Of a stretch of DNA of 32,761 nt, positions 1-9,942 are shown piece after piece. Position 1 is the stretch's first letter. Each line of letters starts with the position of its first letter. This stretch comes from Choristocarpus tenellus KU-1152 (taxonomy: Eukaryota; Protista; Phaeophyceae). The stretch covers positions 1 through 32,761 of the forward strand of contig CAXNAD020000068.1 of NCBI GenBank assembly GCA_964200185.2, in the 5' to 3' direction. The notes beneath the pieces were generated by a model that was not told the origin of the DNA, made no database searches, and saw only the letters and a list, made by a program, of their open reading frames with translations. The translations under genes and the position numbers were made by a program.

Positions 1-566
1 CAAAGGAAGGAACTCAACTCCTTCATTGGTCTACAGGTCAATATCTGAACTAAAGAATGATTTCAAAAACTGTATTATTTTGTATTTTATTGTTCTAAAT
101 AATAAAATGATAGATTTCTTACAAACACATGTTGGGTGGCAGACGTGATTTTCGATCTGTGTGGCAACTTAGCCTTCAATATGTTCCTTCAATATGTTGC
201 ACACAATGTTCTTGTTTCCATGGAAAGACCAAACGAAATTGACAGATAGACTTGTAGAACATGTAGTGCACATGGTCTGGATATGACAGAAAAAAATTGA
301 AGTGGTCCTCGTCCATGGTCCAGGCACGCAAGGAAAAGCATTAGTCTGGTGGGTGGGGGACATGGTCCGGACACGTTAGAGAATGTTTGACTCAGTCTGG
401 TCGGTGGACATGGACTGGTTCAATACCTAGTGGACATGGACAGGGATATGTTAACTAATTGTCGGACCAGTCCAACCAGTGGGCATATTATGGGTACTTG
501 ATTTGAAGGACTTTCTTTCACAGATGTGAATTAGTGTGAATGAGAGTGCAAGGAAGGAGGTGGTAA

Positions 567-825
567 TCATGGGAGAATATTTGCTGCACTTAAAATATAT
601 TGAGTTGAACGGTAATTTTGTTCTAAATTCATATAATTTTGCATTAAGAAAATCTTGTTAAAAATGTAGAATGTTCTGAATTTCTGCACCACACCAGCTG
701 TATATCGATTGATCATCATCACATACACAACAGATATTTTTATATTTATTTGCAAGTATCTTAACCCAGAGAAAATTGAACATTGAACAGCATTAATATC
801 TTGATTATTGCCCACCCAAAAATGG
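567..825 (-). pseudogene. uvrD: Frameshifted fragment of a bacterial UvrD/PcrA superfamily-1 helicase (motifs II-IV)
   Basis: Stitching minus-strand frames gives QDINAVQ / [44 protein letters not shown] / LEQNYRSTQYILSAANIL. This follows UvrD motifs DEYQD, VGDDDQSIYxWRGA and LEQNYRS in order and spacing. It has two frameshifts, one stop, no intron and is AT-rich. Confidence 0.85.
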
Positions 826-1427
826 TTCCCTGATTTTGACGACAAACTGGAGATTCCCACTGAACAGGTAAGATAGTGGGGGTGGAGAGATTGGCATCAG
901 TGTATGAATCATATTGGTGACTGCATAATCTTAGTCCACATTGTCATCAGTTTTCTCACAATCATTTGATACTGCTAACTCTATAGTTTACATATTTCCT
1001 TCCCTACCTAGTAGTGTCATTGGATTCCTTGCGGAAAACAGCTAAGTGACCAATCGATAACAACCATTCTGAATGGTGTAGGTTCTGTTCTTATATAAAA
1101 TATCATCTTCAGCAAAAAATAACCTTTTCATTGTGTTAGTATTTTTTGGTGCTGAAGTACCCTCAATAAGTGTTCAGTGACTGCACTGTTGATCACAGTG
1201 TTACGGGAAATATAGCAGTTATGACAGGTACATTCTGCCTCAAGGCTGGATCTCAATGGACCTCTATATGATAAATGAACAAAGTTAATATATCTTGAAT
1301 TGGAATGGGTGCCTCTCTTACCTACCAAAAGCCATCTGCATCCTTTGTTCCTTGAAAATTCTGGAAGACTACTTTTTTGTTGCTGATGTTGGTTGAGTGA
1401 GATAACTTATCAGAGTGTGAAAAAACA

Positions 1428-1545
1428 TACGATTTACTTCGTTGGTGGAATGTGATTGACGACACACTTTCCAATGTTGGTCTGTTGTTCCTTCTGTGTT
1501 TTCCATGGCAATACCGAAGGCCATCTAGGAATTGCAGGCTCTAGA
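1428..1545 (+). mobile_element. Decayed hAT transposase C-terminal dimerisation-domain remnant
   Basis: Across frameshifts it reads YDLLRWWNV / HFPML / MAIP, matching the hAT dimerisation pattern DxLxWW...xFPxL...LAIP. No TIRs were identified. Confidence 0.45.
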
Positions 1546-3744
1546 AATCTTCATTCCTCCAAACTCCACAAAATCTCTGTACTTGTAAATTTTAGTTGTT
1601 TACAATACTGTCCTCCAGCAAATGGTGCATTGGTTGTGCCCTCCCCACCTTGATCTTGGCATCATACTTTTTCTCATCACCCACCTTACACAACTGTTCA
1701 CATCCATTGCAAGTGTTGAGAACATATTAATAGATGCATTTACCTTCATTCAAGTATACCATAGTATTCATTTGATTCAACCATGTAGGGAGGTATTGAG
1801 GTGGTGTGGATAGTTTACTTGAGTCACTACAGCCATGAAGAGGTCTTCATTCTTGAGAGGATGGGGGTATTTCAGTGCTCATGCTCATTTTGTGGAATAG
1901 AGCAACTAAAAACAAAAAGATAGACCAAAGCCATCCCTATGACAAGTGTGTACTCTATGGGGCAAAGGTCAAAGTAATTTGAGACTTGGAGCAAATAATC
2001 AAGGCACTAATGCAAGTAAGAGTGTGGACAATGAAATTGAATAATTCCAAGTGGAAACTTCAGTGCTTGACTTGTTTCACAATTTAGGTTCAGGAATGAC
2101 TGTTGACAGGGTACTTAGACAAGAATAATCAGACCGCATCAATTTGGATCAATCATAGTGAGGAACTAGGAATGCTGTGCTCTAAACAAGGAAAGGCTAA
2201 TTGATGCCACTGTATGAGCATTAGTACAAAAGTGAAGAGACAGCCTTCACATGAAGTTATGCTTGGTATGCATGCACAGGCATAGGTTGTTAACCATGAC
2301 GCACGACACAAATAATGTTGAATATTTTGAGTGACCTCCACGACAATACTGTTTACCTACAACCAAATCTCACCTATTGATGATACCTCTGCACAATGAT
2401 CATTAATAACTATTTCAAAGTACACAATGACCCCTCGATGAAGCAATCAGTGGTAAGAGGCAGACTTGGTTGAAAGGCATCCCTAGGCATCATTTCCCTC
2501 CTTTGTTAATTGAACTTAAGGGTACTTCCATGCATAGATTCACATAATCATACCAGACCCTTAAAATAGGTCTGTCCAAGGGTCAAAATCCAAGGTTAGA
2601 TCAACAGGTATGAATATTAACACACAAAAAAATATTTTGCTAGTTCCAGGAAATGTATTCAACCTACGTAGATTTGTGCAAATATGCAGTTTAGTCCATG
2701 TACAACATCTGAACAGAGTTTCAAAAACGCAACTGCCTGATAAGATCAACTCAGGTATCACACACAATGTCATTGAATGGGAGTAGTATTGTAGAACCAA
2801 AGAGTAAAAAAAAAGTGAAGTCTCAAATCACATCTTGCTTCCAATAAAAATTGGCACTACAGAATTACCCCCTTGGTTATTGTTCTTGACAACAGACAAC
2901 TAATCTGGTGTCTTCAATAAGTTAGATCTTCCTTCATGTTGATTCAGTCGAGCGGCATCTATCCATCTCACAATATCTTCCATTGTAGGTACTCCAGGGT
3001 ACTTTTCAGCAGTATCAATAGGCTATGGTCAAGAAAGAATATGCGTATTGGAAGTCTAAGTCATTGTCTCAGTAGATGTATGTGAGGGACCAAAACAGAG
3101 CAAACAAGGTCCTAAGAAGGTACTGATGTTTTCACACTACATTGGCTAGTCCCTCCCACACTGAGATCAGGTGCTTTGTGTGTTCATATAACCGCACCTC
3201 TTGACTTGACTTGCGAAATGGACCTGCTACTTCAACAGTGTGAGGGTGTATGAGAGTAACCACAAAGTTAAGACAACGCCATTTTATGACCAAATCTCCA
3301 ACACACTCCTGCCTGTGGTGACTGTCCTATGAAAATCCCAAACTGGATAAACTGTTATGATGTGATGTTAAATCTCTGCCCTACAAGTTGAAGGTCAGAA
3401 CACAACTGTCCCTGTGAAATAAGCAGAAAGCAGCTCAGCAAGGACATCTACAGGTGTCCTTAACTCAAAACTCATCAACTTGTCCAAGATACATTCTTGA
3501 CTCACTGATCATCCAGTTTTGATACTGCACAATTGATACTGTAATGTAGTCATTGAACTAATACCTCTCTCCCCTTCAGCAGTACTACCCTTCCCTAAGC
3601 ACCTCAACAACAGACCATGTGGTTGCCAGCATTACATCTTGCAAATAAAGAACCTTCACACTCAAATGGGAAAAAAAATACCATGGGTGGGAGGGAGGGG
3701 CTAGATAGCACAAGCACAAAAAAACTACAATCCTGTCTAGTGGA

Positions 3745-6700
3745 TCAGCCATACATGTCCTCATCTCCTTCAGCATCTCCCTCAGCAGGTCCAGATGCAT
3801 CTCCTTGTGCAGGGGTTGGAGCTTCTGATGTTCCTGGGGCAGTAGGCGTTGCTTGGGTGGTATTGGCTGTGTTGTCAGGGGGTGTTGTTGTGGCCGGAGA
3901 AGGGGCAGATGTAGATGTAGATGCAGGTGCAGGGGCAGTGGTTGCAGCTTGAACTGGCATTGGAGCTGGAATAGGCATTGCTGAACCCATTCCATCCATA
4001 AGAAGATTAGCAGCAAGAGCCTCATTCTTGTCACAGGCCAGATACGCCTGTCAATATTTGAGAACGATCATGATAATGACAAGATATTGTAAGAATTTGT
4101 CCGCACAACAGATGCAAACAGGTAATGGCGACAACAGAATAGTTGCAACTCAGACATAATACAGGATTGCTCCCTAAGCATGGCTGAGTTGGCACCATTT
4201 GTCTTCCATCATTAAAGTACTCAATTTGCGCAGTGTATGCAATTCAGGAACCCTGCTCCTATTCATCAATATCCTGTAAAATTAACAGCTTGACTGCTCA
4301 CCCCACTACAGAACAGGTGTCTAAGGGTTCAATCTCCACTCTCAACTGCTTCATTGACTGTGCTAGTAGATTGAGTACCACAGACATACAGCATCCTCAA
4401 GTACATATTAACAGTGTGTTCCAGCAACTCAGAGAATTGAAGCATTCCATGACCCTCTTCTAAGTATCTTCATTAATAGCCACATTAAACACAAATTCGT
4501 CTTTGAGAGCACAATATTGACTGCGAGGTGTCCTTCCTGTACGTAAGTGCCGTCGACAGCACTCTTACACTTGAAAATGCCACTCAATTCAGAAATAAAC
4601 TAGAGATTTGCCTTATAGCTCAAAGTAGGTGAGAAGGAAGATAATATCACTGCTATACTGACCTTTCTGTACCAAACTTCTCAATAGACATACCAAAGTG
4701 TTGTAGAACAAAGTAACTCACTTTTTGAGAATGATTTACTATACCCACTTTTGGCATATTCCAATTACTTATAAGACAATGTCAACTATACCTTTTGTCT
4801 GAAAATGATTTAGGATATAAATATTAGGTCAAGCTGACGGCATAAAAAAAATATACAAGCATAAAATGATTTCATTCAAAAGATGGAGGGGGCACCATGC
4901 TTATCTGTATTATTGAAGTACTACATTAGAACTTAAAGAATGGTGAAAACCATGTACTAAGCATTGTTTCTGATGCATACTGACTTCATCTTTACGCAGA
5001 TAGATGTCACAAATCATGTCATGAGCAGTTTCATGCCTTCTGAACATAGCAACAAACATGATACGCCTTCCCTATATACTTCCCATATATTTGACAAACT
5101 GTTCTTTACCCAAAGGATTGATTCCAGGGTACACAAACACAGCATTGAGGTGCAAAATAATGGTAATCTGTGGAGTCTATATTTTAATCCTACTGTACAG
5201 CTTTTGTTGGGCTATCAGAAATGATAAAGTTCAAGTTTCAAAGTTTGCCACAGGCAACAATAGACAAGGCTTCATGTAGTTGTGCTGTGATTAAACAACT
5301 TCACCATCAGGATAACCTATCTATATAATGCTGCACAATACCAGCATATATTCATACTCAGTAGTTGAGATGGCAATAGAACACAGATTCACAGTCCCAA
5401 ATACTCTTGGTAATATCTCACTGAAAATTACATACAATATATGCACTTTTATATTTTTGAATTTTAAAAATTCAACATTTCAGCTGTCCGCATGTGTTCA
5501 TTTTCAGCATTAACTTTATTTAGAGAATTCTGCCCCCAATACAGATACAACTAAACTGTCCACCTGTTGTAATGATAATAGTTGAGACAGCATGTAGAGC
5601 AAGAGGAATTCATTCAACAAAGGACACAACAAAGTAAGGAAAGGAGGTGCCTCAAATGTGGTTCAGATCAATCTTAAAAATTGGTTACCTTTATCCTGAG
5701 TGTGGCAGCATGTAGGTCTTTCTGTTGTCTCTGTTTGACTCTACAATCAAAACTCCTTCAAACAGGGTACTGCGAGTCAAATTTTGACAAGAATTGACAG
5801 AATCTTTATTACTTCTTAGGATCTTCTAGTACAATTATTTTAGTGACTGTCTGCAACCTTAAGAAACTGAGAGGGGGTGCTACTGAGCTTCATGAGCCCC
5901 TCTGACTTTCAGATGACACAAGTTTCTGAAGCACACACTACACAGGTGTGGAGGACAAGACCGTCTTGTGAGTGTATTCAGTTTACAGAAACAAGTAATC
6001 CCTACTGGTGCCTCTTTTCAAATTTCTTATCTGATTCAAATAAATCTGAAAAATGCCTTGTTTTGAGAGTGTATTTGGTTTACAGAAGTTATCCTCATCG
6101 ACACCCTCATTCTAATACCTTCATATTCATGAACTAAAGGTGAAAATTACCCTTCAAACTTCAAACTCTCAAAACACACAACCTTACAACCTATTTTGAC
6201 TCTTCCGAGTATATTAGAATTGACTACAAGTGTTCCTCCATTTAATTAGGCAACAAAGTCACACACTTCAATTCTCAAATGAGCTTGATACTGCTTGATG
6301 CTTCTTTGTTAACAGGAATACCACAACATGCTTCTAAACTCCTGCACGTGAAGTAGTAACAAATTAATGTGAGGTAGCAACAAATTAATCGTTTAATGCA
6401 CATGTAGTAAGAAACATCACCTGTGCAGCATCCGATCTGTCGAACCCCAGCTCTGTAAGCCGTGCTACAGCTGCTCCTTCCTCCTCTGTGAGATGGATCA
6501 CATTTGCACCACCTGCTGCTCCCGAGGGCATAGGAGGCACACCCATGGCTCCCATAGCTCCCCCACCCATCCCTCCACCACCAACCATGTTCATTAGCTG
6601 CTGTAGCTGGTCTGGAGGCATGTTGCCAATCACTTGGCTTACCTGCATTGATGTGGAAAAGATGGTAGTCGACAACGAGCTGCTGAGCTAGAATCAAACC

Positions 6701-9700
6701 TTATCCATAGGCCCACAAACTTTGTTTTCATTCCTCTGGGGCATGTGTACAATGTATGATACAGAACATAGACCCATTAATAAATTCAAGTCAATACTTT
6801 CTCAGCTATTTTTTTTTTTGGAAACAAAGAAACAGTTTTTACTCTACCTGGGCAAGCTGCTCTGGTGACACACCCATTGACGCTGCCCATTGTGCACGCT
6901 GTGCCGGAGTCAGGCTCTGCAGGATCTGGGCCATTTGTGCCGGATTGCCCATTCCAGCCCTGAATATATTATTTCACATGGGTTGGTCAGAATGACAAAG
7001 CTTACCCTCGCTTACAACCAACAACGCTCTGCGTACACAGGCATCATTATAGCATTTCTTTTTCAGCATTTTGCTACTTCTAGGAAATAGTACACTACAA
7101 AACGTTTTTGTACTACGAGGGCCATCACTATAACATCACCTTGCATCAAATTTCCCTGAACTAGGCTTGTGAGGGTGGGTCCAAATCAATATTAGAATTC
7201 GCAAAAAAATCAACAGAGAAGAGGCTACTGATACACACCATTCTACACCTTGGTACAGGTACCATTGGATATTTAACTTCGAAGTGCTAGGGATACTATG
7301 ACAGTCATTTTAACACACTGCTTCAATGATATGGAACCGTGTCCTTTACAAAACTTCAGTTCCAAACTTTGCACACAAATGAGCACATCGGTGCAAACAC
7401 AGACCGAGCTAGAATGATCACAAGCTCTGCCTTGAACACCATACCGACTCTTTTACGTATTTCATCCCAAGTAGAGCACTGCACTACCCTACCTAGGGAA
7501 ACAGTTGGAACCATTGTATCACTAAGGGTTGAGCAATTATCATTTCATGTCTTTCCATTCAGATACATGTCTCTCCAAAAAACTCAGTTATGTTTAAGTG
7601 AGGAGAATAGAATACCTCTATGCCAATCTGTGCTACTCCGGAACAAGAGGTAGAATGCGCGTAAGCTACAAGCAACAAAATCTGGAAGATTATTGGCACA
7701 AGGAGATTACATGGTGAAATTGGAATATCAACCTTGCATTTTTAGTTAGAGCATACCAGATAGAATAATGTAATCAGATAATGACCACTTAGTGAAAAGC
7801 TACACTGAAGCATGTACTTGTGATGTCAATGAAAAAAAAAATCTGCATATGTTAAAATACAAGCAGAAAACATGAACAAAAATAATCTCACCCCATCATT
7901 GGTGCAAGGCCCCCAAGGCCACTTGCGGGAGGTGGGGGAACTGATGCAGGGGGAGCTTCCTCAACTGGTTCATTCATCAATGAAATAAATTCCTCCTGAT
8001 TTTCATGGATGCGTGCAAGCAATCTGGGACTTTGTTGACCAATTAGCTGCAGAACTGTTTGAAGAGAGGCTGGATCACGCTGCACCAGCCGTTTCAGCTC
8101 ATTGAACTGGGGGTGTCGACGAAAGTCTTCAAGTGATTCCATCGCTCCTGGGGGAGAAGTTGGTGGTCCTGCATCTGAAGGGGTCCCTCCTGCAACTGCC
8201 TGAGCCATGCGTTCCTGTGGACATGTGCAGGGCAAGTCATCATGATATAACAAGTGAATAACAACACAGATTTGTAGTACCCTGCTCCAACCCTATAGCT
8301 CAGGATCAAAGAAATTTGAGCCAAGGACAACTCCATAAACATACCAGACTCGTGTAGAACTGTAGATTGCAGGTGAGAGGATTAATTATAAGGTGGTCAC
8401 ATACAGTGCAAACTTCAAGTTGGTTCCAGCTACATGAAAAAATCAACAGGGCTATTATACGCATACTTGACCGATTTTTCTGCACATGAAAGAGCCATCC
8501 TCACCCCAAACCATTGCTAACTGAAGAATGGTCACAAGCCAATCCTTAGGTTATGATCAAGTGTCACCAAGTTGAGATAAATTACAAGCGAGATGATAGA
8601 CAAGGATACATGTAATACATAGTGTATGATTGAGTGCCACCAAGTTGAGGAGATAAATTACAAGCAAGATAATAGACAACGATAAACATAATACATAAAT
8701 ATAGCCAATATGTCAAACGTAAAAGAATTTCGCCAAACAATCTGAAATGTTCACAAATGTGAAGACCACGATGTGGACATGATGCAACTATCAAATGCCC
8801 ACTCTTCAGTCACGTTCACCTGGAAATTATCGGGTATTCCTGTCATCAAGAATTCTACAGCTACTTCAGCGTTGCCCATGGCGGCGCGCAATGCTGCCCT
8901 AGCCTGGTCATCGGGGAAACCCATATCGCATAGCTGTCTAACATTTTCCTCGTTGAGGGGAGCACCACCTGCTGGCAATGCAGCAGGGGCTGCCGCTGCC
9001 GCAGGAACCACTGATACTGTGGCAGGAGCAGGTGCGACGGCATCTTGAGTAGGTGCAGGAGCAGGTGCCGCTACTGGCGATGGGGTAGGTGCAGCTGGCT
9101 TGGGCTGCCACAACAGCAAAAATGGAAGAAGTTTTGTATCATTCGTTGGTTAGGCAAGACAAGGGTGGATATTTGGTTGAAGAATCGCTTTAGGAACAGG
9201 GTAAAATGAACCTATTCAATTAAATAGAACATATATCGCGTCTGTAAGCACACATCCATCATCGATCTAACGTGGAAACTGGGTAGGGCCTACCTGTCGT
9301 GGTCAAGTCGCACCCACCTTCGAAACCATGCAAACAATAAAATCATTTTCCTTTATGTTGTACTCCTGGAAGCTAACTTCGTCCTTGAGAACCTTGCCAG
9401 AGTGGATGAGCTTGAGCTGGGCAGCTGGGAAATCGGCGTCTGTCGCCTCAATAACTCCCTTGACTTCCTTCACCTAAAACGCCAAGGAAGTAGCGCAAGC
9501 AGCAAACCTGCATATTAGAATGATGATTTGTTGCGCGCAGTTACTATTTTTCACGGCCTGAACTTCATGTGGCATTCTAGGGAAAAGTTGATAGAGAAAA
9601 TAAGAGGAATTTAGGAGGAGATCCACTGTCTACAAATGCGACAAATAGATTTCAACAAGTCGTGACGAGGGCTCACCGTTTGTATGGGTTCAACCTCCAC

Positions 9701-9745
9701 CTCAAACTTCTTGCCTTTGATCGTTTTCACTGTGAGCTTCACCAT
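3745..9745 (-). CDS. RAD23: RAD23 UBL-UBA proteasome shuttle / nucleotide excision repair protein (~489 aa, 7 exons) with an extended C-terminal tail
   Basis: Exons: 9745-9677, 9473-9318, 9104-8820, 8214-7892, 6959-6848, 6642-6421, 4047-3745. All introns are GT-AG with matching phases. UBL: MVKLTVKTIKGKKF...LKLIHSGKVLKD...FIVCMVSK. UBA1: QLCDMGFPDDQARAALRAAMGNAEVAVEFLMTGIP. XPC-binding: FRRHPQFNELKRLVQRDP...IHENQEEFISLMNEP. UBA2: LTEEEGAAVARLTELGFDRSDAAQ|AYLACDKNEALAANLL. Confidence 0.96.
8565..8698. repeat. Diverged ~75-bp tandem duplication in RAD23 intron 3
   Basis: caccaagttgag...ataaattacaagcRagatRatagacaa occurs twice (from ~8565 and ~8638). Confidence 0.7.
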
Positions 9746-9942
9746 CTCGGAAGAGGACAGGGATAACAGTTGCCACTGTGGTGTGTGATTTCGATCGGCT
9801 TCGAAAACCCAGCAAGGTTTCACATACATGGATGGCTTCATGACTCAGTACAAGTTTCCAATACTACATGAAACAACAGGTGTGACACATGACACACTTT
9901 TCTTGATGGGATAGTGTCTTGTACCAAGACATTGTTCCCTGC
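9746..9942. promoter_or_regulatory. Putative bidirectional promoter shared by RAD23 and HCF136
   Basis: There are only 197 bp between the divergent ATGs (9745 minus, 9943 plus). The spacer contains TGACTCA (9841-9847) and a repeated TGACACA (~9882-9897). Confidence 0.7.

Noticed and set aside
3585-4034. Alternative-frame and antisense ORFs over the last RAD23 exon (3585..4034 minus, 3617..3952 plus)
   Set aside because: They are shadows of the low-complexity RAD23 tail; the spliced frame completing UBA2 is the one ending at 3745.
6059-6176. 12-bp inverted repeat (tgttttgagagt/actctcaaaaca) as a MITE
   Set aside because: The arms do not extend convincingly and no TSD was seen.
9519-9562. Box C (ATGATGA) and CTGA suggesting a C/D snoRNA in RAD23 intron 1
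   Set aside because: It lies antisense to the host gene, the spacing is too short, and there is no terminal D box or stem.
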